Source of the DNA: an uncultured Bdellovibrionales bacterium
Lineage (GTDB): Bacteria; Bdellovibrionota_C; UBA2361; SZUA-149; CAZDWZ01
Direction of reading: 5' to 3'
NCBI GenBank assembly: GCA_964405665.1
Contig: CAYOOT010000002.1
Span: 24,751-88,750, forward strand
DNA length: 64,000 nucleotides
This document shows positions 54,965-64,000 of this stretch, piece by piece. Positions within the stretch are counted from its first letter, which is position 1. The number at the start of each line of letters is the position of its first letter. Under the pieces are notes generated by a model. That model saw nothing but the letters and a program-made list of their open reading frames with translations, was not told where the DNA came from and searched no databases. Made by a program: the position numbers and the translations under genes.

Positions 54965-56308
54965 CTACATCTGGTCTTTTAAGGCCGCTGCTACTTTTTC
55001 CAAGCTAATGCCATCTTGTTGTTTTCCGTTTGCTAAATTTTTTATACTACAAACTCCCCGAGAAAGTTCTTGGCTCCCGGCAATAACTACAAACTCAATT
55101 CCTTTTTTATTGGCATACTTAATTTGATTTCCCAATTTTCCGACCTCCAAAGAAAGTTCAGTATTTACTCCGGCATTTCTAAGATGATTGGCAATTTTCA
55201 CGCACTGTGATTCAGTACTCGGATCAAGCACAGTTACTAAAACTTGGGCGGTACTACTTTTGGTCGGTAATTTTTCCAGGGCCTCAAAGGCTCCGAGCAG
55301 GCGATCCAATCCCAAGGAAGCTCCTACTCCTGGAAGTTCTTTTTTGGTGTAGAGACTTGCTAAATCATCATACCTGCCACCGGAACAAATCGATCCAATC
55401 TCCGGCAAATCAAGACAAGTAGTTTCCAGAACTGTTCCTGTATAATAATCCAGTCCGCGAGCTATTGATAAATCTATTTTACAATTATTATCCCCTACCC
55501 CAACATCAGAAAGAATCAATAACACGCTTTCTAGTTCCGAAACTCCCTTTAAAGAAAAATCATTTCCTAAGAAATGATTTCTTAATTCAATAATGAGATC
55601 TCTATTATTTAAATTGCTTCTGGATAAGCTTAAAAAGGAAAATACTTGTGAAATTTGCGAGGTAGACAAACCTGCCACTTCAACTAATTCTTCCCTCACA
55701 ACATCTTCTCCTAATTTATCCAACTTATCAATTGCTCGGAGCACAGGAACACTTGCTTCTTGCTTCTGCAAAGAAGCAAGAAAGCCATTTAAAATTTGCC
55801 GATTATTAATCCTAAAACGGTGCGCTACTTGCAAAGCATTAAAGGCATGATGAAAAACATTGATTATTTCTGCATCGGCAAGCACAGATTTTACTCCAAT
55901 GATATCAATATCACATTGAATGAATTCTCTGTACCGTCCACGCTGTGGTTTTTCTGCTCGCCAGACTGGAGCAATATGAAATCTTTTAAATGGAGTTCCC
56001 AATTCGTTGATATGTTGCGCTGCATAGCGAGCAAGAGGCACTGTTAAGTCAAAACGCATTGCCACATCTCTTCCCCCTTGATCGTTGAAACGAAAAAGCT
56101 GCTTGTCAGTTTCTTGAGAACCTTTACCTAAAAGAATTTCCGTATATTCCAAAGCCGGAGTATCAATAGGCACGAAGCCAAAAGAAGAGAATACTTCTTG
56201 TAATGTTGAAATCATAGAATTTCTAAGAATTGCCAGGTTAGGCAAATAATCTCGGAAACCTTTTAAAACTTTTGGTTCAATTATCGATTTAGACACGTTT
56301 TTTTCCAA
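54965..56308 (-). CDS. hisS: Histidine--tRNA ligase
   Basis: KGFRDYLP, MRFDLTVPLARY, RAEKPQRGRYREF.QCD.D, ARGLDYYTG, GGRYD; TTG start. Confidence 0.97.
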   Translation of the reverse strand: MEKNVSKSIIEPKVLKGFRDYLPNLAILRNSMISTLQEVFSSFGFVPIDTPALEYTEILLGKGSQETDKQLFRFNDQGGRDVAMRFDLTVPLARYAAQHINELGTPFKRFHIAPVWRAEKPQRGRYREFIQCDIDIIGVKSVLADAEIINVFHHAFNALQVAHRFRINNRQILNGFLASLQKQEASVPVLRAIDKLDKLGEDVVREELVEVAGLSTSQISQVFSFLSLSRSNLNNRDLIIELRNHFLGNDFSLKGVSELESVLLILSDVGVGDNNCKIDLSIARGLDYYTGTVLETTCLDLPEIGSICSGGRYDDLASLYTKKELPGVGASLGLDRLLGAFEALEKLPTKSSTAQVLVTVLDPSTESQCVKIANHLRNAGVNTELSLEVGKLGNQIKYANKKGIEFVVIAGSQELSRGVCSIKNLANGKQQDGISLEKVAAALKDQM

Positions 56309-56321
56309 TATAATAATGAGT

Positions 56322-56377
56322 AGATCCTCCTTCGCTTCATCCTTTGCTAAAGCTTAGGACGACAAGTCAGAGGATAA
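56322..56377. repeat. CGTC-type repeat half (AGATCCT..TTCG...GCTAAAGCT..GACGAC)
   Basis: Reverse complement reads gtcgtcctaagc...gcgaaggaggatct; related copy at 59136-59202. Confidence 0.6.
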
Positions 56378-56389
56378 AGTTTTTTCTAT

Positions 56390-56421
56390 GAGTTATACAA
56401 CATAGTAATGTTGTATAACTC
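56390..56421. promoter_or_regulatory. Perfect 14-bp palindrome in the divergent hisS/phoH intergenic region
   Basis: gagttatacaacat-agta-atgttgtataactc. Confidence 0.55.
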
Positions 56422-56471
56422 GTGAAAAGACTTAACAATAAATGTTGTTGCTGCATTAAGCAAGGAGATGT

Positions 56472-56543
56472 ATTCTCCCCTTTTTCCCACACTGAATATA
56501 TTCTGAAATTACTTATGGTTTAATGTGGGAAAAAGGGGAGAAT
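56472..56543. repeat. Hairpin element, copy 1 (20-bp arms; right arm contains the SD and start of the PhoH gene)
   Basis: attctcccctttttcccaca (56472-91) / tgtgggaaaaaggggagaat (56524-43). Confidence 0.9.
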
Positions 56544-58035
56544 GGAAAGAAAAATATTTGTTTTGGATACATCAGCCATTATGTCTTTAGTGCAAGATGT
56601 AACCACTTATCGTGGGAAGGAAATGCCAGGATTTGCTGGTGTTTTAGGGGATAATGAAATCGTAATTCCTAGAATTGTTCTCGATGAGCTTGCGGGCTTA
56701 AGAAAAGCAACCGGAGAAAGATCAAAAACCGCTCTGGAAGCCGCAAAACAATTGGAATATTATTCTACTCTAGGTTCTTTATTGGAAGGAGTAGAAACCG
56801 AAAAAGGGGGAATGCTACGCATTGCTCCTCGACCATCACATGAGAAAATTTTTGCGTGGGGATTGATGACCGATGTGGCTGATCACGAAATCCTAGCAAC
56901 AACAATTGAAATTGAAGATTCTTTAAGAATAAAATATAAGAGCGATCCCTTAGAAGAAGATACCGACGAGGAAGAACTTCCTAGAGTTACTCTCATCACA
57001 CAAGATCGCATCCTGAGAGTTCTTGCTCGAAGCGTTTTTAATGTCTCTGCGGAAGAACTAAAATTTGTCTGTGCCCCTGAGTTGGAAAACTCCAGAGGTT
57101 ATCGAAAAATAGAAGTAAGCGGCGAAGAGTTGGATAATATTATCAGTCAAGGGTATTATCAAACGGAACGTTTTTCTTTTGTTAATGAATTTTTTCACAT
57201 CGTCGACAAAGAAAATCCTACTGTTCATTACTGCTATGCAATAATGAGGGACAAAGAATCAGGTAAAGCAGAATTAATCGATAGAACAAAAATTGATTAT
57301 CTAAAAGTAGCCGGTGAAGTTTCCGGCAAAAATGTTCAGCAAAAACTTCTTCTTTGGTCCTTAATGGGCTGTGGCGAATCAGACCCCTTTGCTCCCGATG
57401 GGATAAGATTAATTACTGTATCTGGGCCGGCAGGAAGTGGAAAATCTTTTCTTACTTTAGCCGCCGCTTGGGAGCGATTAGAGCGCGGACATTTTGAACG
57501 GATCATTATTACTCGACCAATGGTCGAAGTCGGAGCTTCGATGGGTTTTTTACCAGGAACTTTGGAAGAAAAAGTAAAACCTTGGGGAGGTCCAATCGAA
57601 GATAACTTAAGAGCGATCGTGCAAGTTCCTTCTCCTGACGAAGGCCGAAGTAATGCCGGAGGAGGAAAAAGAGGAGTCCAACGTTCAACTAGGCCATTTG
57701 ATGCCAAAGCTTGGTTGGAAATGGAAGATAGATTGGAAATAGTGCCTCTTACCTATATTCGCGGTCGTACTTTTAGAAAATCTTTTGTAATTTTAGAAGA
57801 AGGTCAAAATATTGAACGAGGACCGCTGAAGGTTCTTTTAACGCGATTGGGAGAAGGTAGCATTGTTGTGATTGTGGGAGATGAAAGTCAAATTGATAAT
57901 CAATTTCTAAGCAGACGCAATAATGGTCTTGTGCATGCAATTAATGCTTTTCGCAATTGGCCGCAAGCGGTGCATGTTTATTTAAAACAAATTGTTAGAA
58001 GTGATTTGGCGGAAGCGGCTAGTCAATTGTTATAG
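56542..58035 (+). CDS. PIN domain + PhoH-family ATPase (YlaK/PhoH2-like)
   Basis: FVLDTS, VLDEL, ADHEIL, LITQD..LR (PIN); GPAGSGKS, MGFLPG..EEK, RGRT, LEEGQN, GDESQID (PhoH). Confidence 0.92.
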   Translation: MERKIFVLDTSAIMSLVQDVTTYRGKEMPGFAGVLGDNEIVIPRIVLDELAGLRKATGERSKTALEAAKQLEYYSTLGSLLEGVETEKGGMLRIAPRPSHEKIFAWGLMTDVADHEILATTIEIEDSLRIKYKSDPLEEDTDEEELPRVTLITQDRILRVLARSVFNVSAEELKFVCAPELENSRGYRKIEVSGEELDNIISQGYYQTERFSFVNEFFHIVDKENPTVHYCYAIMRDKESGKAELIDRTKIDYLKVAGEVSGKNVQQKLLLWSLMGCGESDPFAPDGIRLITVSGPAGSGKSFLTLAAAWERLERGHFERIIITRPMVEVGASMGFLPGTLEEKVKPWGGPIEDNLRAIVQVPSPDEGRSNAGGGKRGVQRSTRPFDAKAWLEMEDRLEIVPLTYIRGRTFRKSFVILEEGQNIERGPLKVLLTRLGEGSIVVIVGDESQIDNQFLSRRNNGLVHAINAFRNWPQAVHVYLKQIVRSDLAEAASQLL

Positions 58036-58065
58036 TTTTTGATAATTTGCTGCGGTTTTATTCTC

Positions 58066-58135
58066 CTCTCCCCTTTTTCCCACGCTGCATATATTCTGGT
58101 ACTATTTATAGTTTGATGTGGGAAAAAGGGGAGAG
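58066..58135. repeat. Hairpin element, copy 2 (18-bp arms)
   Basis: ctctcccctttttcccac (58066-83) / gtgggaaaaaggggagag (58118-35); 60/68 identical to copy 1. Confidence 0.9.
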
Positions 58136-58213
58136 TAAATTTTATATTTGCATGTTCAAAGAACAATGCTTATTATCTTCTAAATTAAACACGAGTTTCA
58201 TTATAGGGCTATT

Positions 58214-58483
58214 ATGAGCGAAAGTAACAATACAGACCCCTGTGCAAGTTGGGGAATTGATCAAAAATTGGCTGTTGTTTGGTTTGTTATTATAATTGCA
58301 ATCGGTGTTGGTCTAACAACCGCTCTGAAAAATACAGATTCCTATAACTATAATCACAACGGTGAGTTTTTTGATTATAAGGCTTACAAAGAAAATCGAC
58401 TGTCCCAAAGTTCAATCCCCAGTGATGACATTGATAAGCGCGCTCAAGGCGATATTGTTAGTACACAAAATAATTTAAAGTAA
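58214..58483 (+). CDS. Small single-pass membrane protein
   Basis: 89 aa, one TM segment (LAVVWFVIIIAIGVGLTTAL). Confidence 0.6.
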   Translation: MSESNNTDPCASWGIDQKLAVVWFVIIIAIGVGLTTALKNTDSYNYNHNGEFFDYKAYKENRLSQSSIPSDDIDKRAQGDIVSTQNNLK

Positions 58484-58512
58484 TTTCTAAAAAATTAATT
58501 GAGAGGAAGTTT

Positions 58513-59103
58513 ATGTCTACAAAAAGTAGAGCAGAGTCTTTTGCACTCTTAAAAGAATATACAGCAAGTGATAGTTTGATCAAACATGCCTTATCGGTAG
58601 AAGCGGCGATGCTCTGGTATGCCAAGCATTTTCAAGAAGACGAACTTTTGTGGGCAACAACTGGCCTGTTGCATGATTTTGATTATGAAAAATATCCTAC
58701 TTATTCCTTAGAAGGTCCAGAACCCACTGGACATCCTTTTTCAGGTTGTAAAATTTTAAAAGATTTTGGCTATCCCGATTTGATGACGGAAGCAATTTTA
58801 GGTCATGCTAAATATTCCGGTGTAGAAAGAAAAAGTCTTTTAGCCAAGGCTTTATTTGCCTGCGATGAATTATCCGGATTAATAACTGCTTCTGTTTTGG
58901 TTCGCCCGGACAAATCAATTCATAACTTGGAAGTAAAATCTGTACGTAAAAAAATGAAAGATAAGGCTTTTGCCCGGGGCGTAGATCGTGATGATATTAT
59001 TGTCGGCACTCAAGAATTAGCAATAGATTTGGATCAGCATATAGCCAATGTAATTGAAGCAATGAAAGTTAGTGCTGTGGAATTGGGATTAAATGGCCTA
59101 TAA
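58513..59103 (+). CDS. HD-domain (HDIG) phosphohydrolase
   Basis: H...VE..M, GLLHDFDYE, H, ACDELSGL, KDKAFARGV. Confidence 0.88.
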   Translation: MSTKSRAESFALLKEYTASDSLIKHALSVEAAMLWYAKHFQEDELLWATTGLLHDFDYEKYPTYSLEGPEPTGHPFSGCKILKDFGYPDLMTEAILGHAKYSGVERKSLLAKALFACDELSGLITASVLVRPDKSIHNLEVKSVRKKMKDKAFARGVDRDDIIVGTQELAIDLDQHIANVIEAMKVSAVELGLNGL

Positions 59104-59135
59104 TTTCAGGATTTAATCAATAAAAACAGCTATTG

Positions 59136-59202
59136 AGATCCTTTCATCCTACGCTAAAGCTCCATCCTGCGCTGAAGCTTCGGATGGCAAGCCGGAGAAT
59201 AA
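59136..59202. repeat. CGTC-type repeat half with internal tandem duplication
   Basis: agatcctttcatcctacgctaaagct-ccatcctgcgctgaagcttcggatggcaag; similar to 56322-56377. Confidence 0.55.
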
Positions 59203-59276
59203 TAGCCTTGCCTAACTTATGAAAAGAACTATAAAATAATCTCTTATTATTCTAACCCCTTGCCGATATCTAATGA

Positions 59277-59825
59277 ATGAAAAACCTACCAAAAAATTTC
59301 GAACTTGCTTACAGCCGGGAAGAAATTCTGGAGCAAATAACGCAAATGGGGAAAAGTATTTCCCAGTGGGCCGAAGTTGCTCAAAAAAACACAAATAAAC
59401 CGGTACTGGCAGTCTGTATTTTAAAAGGTTCTGTTTTCTTTTTTTCCGATTTACTGCTGAATATTTCCAGTCAAATTGAACCGAGCTTTTGTCGAACCTG
59501 GGGATATTCCACAACCACTAATACCCGAGAAAAAGGGGTTCGAGTTTCTATCGATGATATCTATGCTGCCGGACGAGCTGTGTTGATTATCGATGATATT
59601 TGCGATTCCGGAAGTACCCTACTGACATTGCATAACATGTTTTCTGAGCTGGGGGCTACGGAAGTAAAATCTGCTGTTACAATTTTAAGAGAAGTAGATT
59701 CGGTGATATATAATCCCACTTGGGTCGGTTTTGTTTATCCCGGCAAAGAATGGTTTGTCGGTTACGGAATGGATTATAATGATCAATACCGCAATTTACC
59801 TAATATTTATAAAATAAAACCTTAA
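59277..59825 (+). CDS. hpt: Hypoxanthine phosphoribosyltransferase-like protein
   Basis: ILKGSVFFFSDL, PRPP motif VLIIDDICDSGSTL, FVGYGMDYNDQYRNLP. Confidence 0.85.
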   Translation: MKNLPKNFELAYSREEILEQITQMGKSISQWAEVAQKNTNKPVLAVCILKGSVFFFSDLLLNISSQIEPSFCRTWGYSTTTNTREKGVRVSIDDIYAAGRAVLIIDDICDSGSTLLTLHNMFSELGATEVKSAVTILREVDSVIYNPTWVGFVYPGKEWFVGYGMDYNDQYRNLPNIYKIKP

Positions 59826-59827
59826 TT

Positions 59828-60442
59828 ATGTCGCTTTTACAAAAACTAAATAATTTTTTCTGCAATATTTTGTACTATTTGAACAAAACAAAGTCTTTTT
59901 TTGAATTCTATTTCAAAAAAACTTTTTCTAAGGATATTGAAATGCAACGTTCGCCCTTTTTAATAAAAAAAGGCTTATTGAATAAAGAAAAAAAACTGTT
60001 AAGAACCCTTCTTCAAAAAAATCCACTTTGGCTTTCGGGACATTTAAAATTAGCGCATTCAGAACTTAATCAAATATTGCTTGTCGATCAAGGATTAGAT
60101 CCTCGCGCATTGGGAACAATTAGAATATCGGCCGAACTAATTAAAGAATACTGTATCAATAAAAATTTTCCTTCGGCGCATCATCTTTATTTAGAAGCCA
60201 GTTATTTCGAAGCAATGTATAGTTTTTTAAATCGCAATCATCAGCTAGCACTGGAAATCTTCCGTAAACTCTTATTGCCAGAAAATGCAATCCAACTTTG
60301 CCGAGAAATGCATTATCGTGTTTTAGAAAATGCCGGCCTGAGCGCTTCCGTTGTTTCCTCCAAAGAAGAAGCTTTGAAATATTTTTCCCGTATTCCTGGG
60401 AAATTTGGAAATCGACAACTGATTGAGGCTATTTCGAAATGA
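59828..60442 (+). CDS. Hypothetical helical (TPR-like) protein
   Basis: 204 aa, tightly coupled to both neighbours; no family motif recognised. Confidence 0.55.
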   Translation: MSLLQKLNNFFCNILYYLNKTKSFFEFYFKKTFSKDIEMQRSPFLIKKGLLNKEKKLLRTLLQKNPLWLSGHLKLAHSELNQILLVDQGLDPRALGTIRISAELIKEYCINKNFPSAHHLYLEASYFEAMYSFLNRNHQLALEIFRKLLLPENAIQLCREMHYRVLENAGLSASVVSSKEEALKYFSRIPGKFGNRQLIEAISK

Positions 60443-61437
60443 GTAATAAAAAAGCCTGCATTCTGATCAATTCTTTTAACTATGATTATTACTTGTCCGA
60501 AGCTATTGAAAGCTCTATTAATCAAAGTTTTCCTGAAAAAGATTTCGAAGTAATCGTCGTTGATGATGGTTCCACCGATGACACAAAAAACATCGTCAAA
60601 AAATATAAAGATAAAATTAAATATATTTATAAAGAAAATGGCGGTCAGGCATCAGCATTCAATATCGGGCTGGAAGCAACTGACGCTGAATATGTATTAT
60701 TTTTGGATGCTGATGATTTGTGTCATCCTCAACGAGTGGAAAAAATAGTTTCAGAATTTGAAAAATATCCTGAAGTAGGTTTTGTTCTAAATTCCAGACA
60801 AGTGGTCTTTAGTAATAAAGAAGTATTCGAAAAACATCCTGATGTACATAATATGCAGTTGGGACCTGATAATTCAAGAATTTTAGCCAAATGCGGCTAT
60901 GGCACCAGTCGTTCTGCAGTTAGAAAAACTCTACTCGATAAAATAAAACCTTTTCCCCAAGAGCTGATAATCGAAGCTGATTTATATATGCTTTCTTTGT
61001 TATGGTATTGCCGTTTATCTTGTCTCAATGAATACCTGACTATCTATCGTGTTCATGCCAATAATAGTTTTCACACTGCCGATTTAAAAAAATCCCAAAG
61101 AAAAATAGCGACGATAAAAGCAGGTGTCAGTAATATCCAAAAGGCCATTTCCAATTCGGAGCTCCATCAAAAAAACCCGGAATTATTTAAACACATTTCT
61201 ACTCGGTATCTTATCGAATATCTGGACCTGGAACTTAGCTTGCATGCATCTAAAGGTCATTATAAGAAATATGAATATTTAAAGTTAGAAATAGAAAAAT
61301 ATAAAAATGCTTGCTATGAGTGGCCTTTTTTAAAAAAATCATACAAGTTTTTTATTTTTTTCTTAATGGTCCTTCTTCCGATAAGCAGTTTTGTTAAATT
61401 AAAAGATCATTATTCAAAATTAAGCAATAAAATATGA
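60439..61437 (+). CDS. GT2 glycosyltransferase
   Basis: INSFNY, VVDDGSTD, NGGQASAFN.G, FLDADD, YRVH. Confidence 0.9.
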   Translation: MSNKKACILINSFNYDYYLSEAIESSINQSFPEKDFEVIVVDDGSTDDTKNIVKKYKDKIKYIYKENGGQASAFNIGLEATDAEYVLFLDADDLCHPQRVEKIVSEFEKYPEVGFVLNSRQVVFSNKEVFEKHPDVHNMQLGPDNSRILAKCGYGTSRSAVRKTLLDKIKPFPQELIIEADLYMLSLLWYCRLSCLNEYLTIYRVHANNSFHTADLKKSQRKIATIKAGVSNIQKAISNSELHQKNPELFKHISTRYLIEYLDLELSLHASKGHYKKYEYLKLEIEKYKNACYEWPFLKKSYKFFIFFLMVLLPISSFVKLKDHYSKLSNKI

Positions 61438-63110
61438 TTACTTTAGGACTGAGCTACTCCGGACAACATGATTCCAGTATTGCCATTTATAAAAATGGCA
61501 AAATTATTTTTGCGATGTCGGAAGAGCGTGTTAGCAGAATTAACCATGATCACTCTTTCCCCATCAGAGCAATCGAAGCCGGATTGGATTATACAGGTTT
61601 AGCTTATTCTGAAATTGACAATGTATGTCTCGGTTGGGATGGTCCAGTAAGTTCTCTTTTTAAAAATTTGCAATGTTCAGAAATTAAGAATTTAACTAAT
61701 ATTAAAAGTAATGTTAATTTCTTAGTTGGACATCTAAAAAACTTCTATACTCACTCCGGACTAAACACTTTATTTAGAAAATTCGGTAATAAGCCATTTT
61801 TTCATTGTAATCATCATCTTGCCCATGCAATCAGCGCCTATTCCTTTTCTCCATTTGATCAAGCAACAGTTTTGGTAATAGATGGAAGGGGCGCCTGTGA
61901 ATCTACCACAATTTGGAAAGCGGAAAATAATTCTTTAATTCCCGTAAAAACAATTAATTGGCCCAATTCTCTGGGATTATTATATGCAAAATTCACTAAA
62001 TATCTGGGATTCCAGCCCTTGAGTGACGAGTGGAAAGTGATGGGACTTGCCGCCTATGGCAATACCTTGCTTGATACTTCCAACTTAATCGATTTGAGCA
62101 AAGATATTTATCAAATCAATAAAAATCTTTTAGGAAATTCTTTGGTGGATGTAAGTTTACTGGAAAAACTTTACGGGCCAAGCAGAAAGGATGGAGATGA
62201 AATAACCGCACATCACAAAAATGCCGCATACACGGTGCAACATATAACAGAAAAAGCGATCCTCAATCTTACCCGTTACAGTATCAATCTCACCGGCAAT
62301 AAAAATCTTTGTCTGGCAGGCGGAGTCGCCATGAACTGTAAAGCAAATGGAATGATTGCTTCATCGGGACTAATTGAGGGAATTTTCATTCAACCGGCAG
62401 CTTCCGACGAAGGAGTCTCTTTAGGAGCGGCACTTTATCCGTCTTTTTTAAAAAATAAAGTTCTTCCAAAATTACCGCTGGAAGATCCTTATTTGGGACT
62501 GGGTTTTTCTGATTCCGAAATTGAAGAAACAATCAATAAATATAAAATCCCTTTTGAAAAATTAGGCGCAAACCGCGGTGAAATTATTGCCAAGGAAATT
62601 GCCAATGGTAAAGTTATCGGCCATTTCAATAAACGAATGGAATTCGGACCGCGCGCTCTCGGTAATCGATCTATTTTAGCCGACCCCAGAAAAGAAGAAA
62701 CAAAAATAATTGTCAATAATTGCGTCAAATACAGGGAGGATTGGCGTCCCTTTGCTCCATCAATTATGGAAGAGCATTATCATGAGTTTTTCAACTCAAA
62801 ACATTTATCTCCTTTTATGATCTTAAGTTTTCCCGTAAAAGAAGATGCAGAAAATAAAATTCTAGGGGCCACTCATGTGGATCATACGGGACGCCCACAA
62901 ACTGTAAATAAAGAGATCAATCCTGATTACTGGAATTTAATAAATGAGTTTTATAAACTCACAGGAGTTCCCGTTCTGGTAAATACATCATTTAATTTAA
63001 AGGGCGAACCAATTGTTTGTACTCCGACAGACGCCATCAGAACTTTCTATTCTTCAGGACTGGATGTGCTGATACTTGGAAATTATTTGGTAAGAAAAAA
63101 ATTGCCTTAG
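61434..63110 (+). CDS. Carbamoyltransferase (NodU/CmcH family)
   Basis: HDSS, EERVSR, HHLAHA.SA, DGRG, KVMGLAAYG, AGGVAMNCKANG, EFGPRALGNRS, RPFAP, NTSFN..GEP. Confidence 0.93.
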   Translation: MITLGLSYSGQHDSSIAIYKNGKIIFAMSEERVSRINHDHSFPIRAIEAGLDYTGLAYSEIDNVCLGWDGPVSSLFKNLQCSEIKNLTNIKSNVNFLVGHLKNFYTHSGLNTLFRKFGNKPFFHCNHHLAHAISAYSFSPFDQATVLVIDGRGACESTTIWKAENNSLIPVKTINWPNSLGLLYAKFTKYLGFQPLSDEWKVMGLAAYGNTLLDTSNLIDLSKDIYQINKNLLGNSLVDVSLLEKLYGPSRKDGDEITAHHKNAAYTVQHITEKAILNLTRYSINLTGNKNLCLAGGVAMNCKANGMIASSGLIEGIFIQPAASDEGVSLGAALYPSFLKNKVLPKLPLEDPYLGLGFSDSEIEETINKYKIPFEKLGANRGEIIAKEIANGKVIGHFNKRMEFGPRALGNRSILADPRKEETKIIVNNCVKYREDWRPFAPSIMEEHYHEFFNSKHLSPFMILSFPVKEDAENKILGATHVDHTGRPQTVNKEINPDYWNLINEFYKLTGVPVLVNTSFNLKGEPIVCTPTDAIRTFYSSGLDVLILGNYLVRKKLP

Positions 63111-63132
63111 CGGCCATATCTACAAAAAAGGC

Positions 63133-63951
63133 TTATTTAATTTTTGAAATAATTCTTTTGGGTAAAGCACAGAGCCATCCTTTAAAATCAAACAGGATTT
63201 TTCCCATCACTTTATTGGAAGGATGGATCATAAAAATTTCCTGGCAATTGGCAAGATCAATACTGTTATATCTGACATCCTTTTCTGTGATGTTATTATT
63301 TTTAATTAAAATTATATGCCTTACTTCTTTTGGTGACAATTCAAGATTAGTCGATCCCTTGATGGTTGAGATCTCACAATTTTGAATGCCCTCTGAATTC
63401 AAAACATCTTTTAACAGCGATTGATAATGATCGGCAGGATATTTACTATACCAAGATTTGAATTTGTCCAATGCGGCAATGACTTCCTTCCCTTCGTCCA
63501 AAGAAGGCAGCTCAATAAAAGTTAATCTGGAATGTTTAATAAATAAACCAACCAGTTTCGACCATTTTGCCAGATCATAATGGAAGTGATGTAAAACACT
63601 GAGCAGTAAAACCACATCAAAGACCTTCTGCCCTTTAAAAAGTTCCGACAGAATTTCAAAATTAAGGATGGAAGAAAAAATATAGTTATTATCTATTTTT
63701 TCACTTTGTATTTTTTTAAGATGAAACAAATAATCAGGCTTATAATGTTCAATTGAATATACATTGGCATTAAAATCTTTTGCCAGAAGCATGCTAAAAA
63801 TTCCGAGGTTGCTCCCTATGTCAAGAAAGGACATCTGATATGAGGAATTCGGAATATGCTTTTTTATTACCTCATATCTCAAATTGCAATCTCTTCCTGT
63901 GCTATCCGCAGTGGCAGCTTGATAGTCACTTATTGTTCTAAAAAATGCCAT
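63133..63951 (-). CDS. Class I SAM methyltransferase (WbdD-MTase-like)
   Basis: FLDIGSNLGIFS, DVVLLLSVLHHF; ATG 63951 preceded by GGAG preferred. Confidence 0.8.
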   Translation of the reverse strand: MAFFRTISDYQAATADSTGRDCNLRYEVIKKHIPNSSYQMSFLDIGSNLGIFSMLLAKDFNANVYSIEHYKPDYLFHLKKIQSEKIDNNYIFSSILNFEILSELFKGQKVFDVVLLLSVLHHFHYDLAKWSKLVGLFIKHSRLTFIELPSLDEGKEVIAALDKFKSWYSKYPADHYQSLLKDVLNSEGIQNCEISTIKGSTNLELSPKEVRHIILIKNNNITEKDVRYNSIDLANCQEIFMIHPSNKVMGKILFDFKGWLCALPKRIISKIK

Positions 63952-64000
63952 AGTAAATTTTCTCCCAATATAAGTATCAGATATACCCAAAATGCTTCAA

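Noticed and set aside
57336-57707. 123-aa antisense ORF within PhoH, representative of the other short antisense/nested ORFs in the track
   Set aside because: Fully nested opposite a well-supported gene; no independent motif or start context
56472-58135. Integron attC interpretation of the phoH-flanking hairpins
   Set aside because: No RYYYAAC/GTTRRRY boxes, no extrahelical-base pattern and no integrase; kept only as an unexplained cassette-like structure

Overview
AT-rich bacterial chromosomal window with no rRNA, tRNA, CRISPR array, integrase or transposase that I can recognise. A Bd0055-like histone and an HDOD protein fit a Bdellovibrionota/'deltaproteobacterial'-type host, but this is inference only. 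Layout: (1) 0-2.7 kb: an exported protein, decayed palindromic repeats and an HDOD protein. (2) 2.9-13.7 kb: a co-oriented cluster of a TraU-like protein, a Gln/Gly-rich exported protein ending in a WCPNC thioredoxin motif, TrbC-like and TraW-like proteins, two paralogous papain-fold Cys peptidase-like proteins and a divergent serpin. This is the best candidate for an undescribed system: a possibly domesticated F-type pilus/secretion module with protease cargo and an inhibitor. (3) 13.7-24.4 kb: housekeeping genes (fumC, nadA, iscS-like, sspB, M42 peptidase), a bacterial histone and three TA-like pairs, one bounded by a duplication of the fumC 3' end. (4) 24.7-50.2 kb: a mosaic ABC-transporter-type surface-polysaccharide locus rich in tailoring enzymes. 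(5) 50.2-60.4 kb: a frameshifted AAA/DUF4143 gene, purF, an M20 peptidase, rppH, hisS, a PIN-PhoH gene flanked by two copies of a 68-bp hairpin, an HD protein and hpt. (6) 60.4-64 kb: GT2, carbamoyltransferase and methyltransferase. GTAG- and CGTC-type palindromic repeats are scattered between genes. All family calls come from motifs read by eye; no database search was run.
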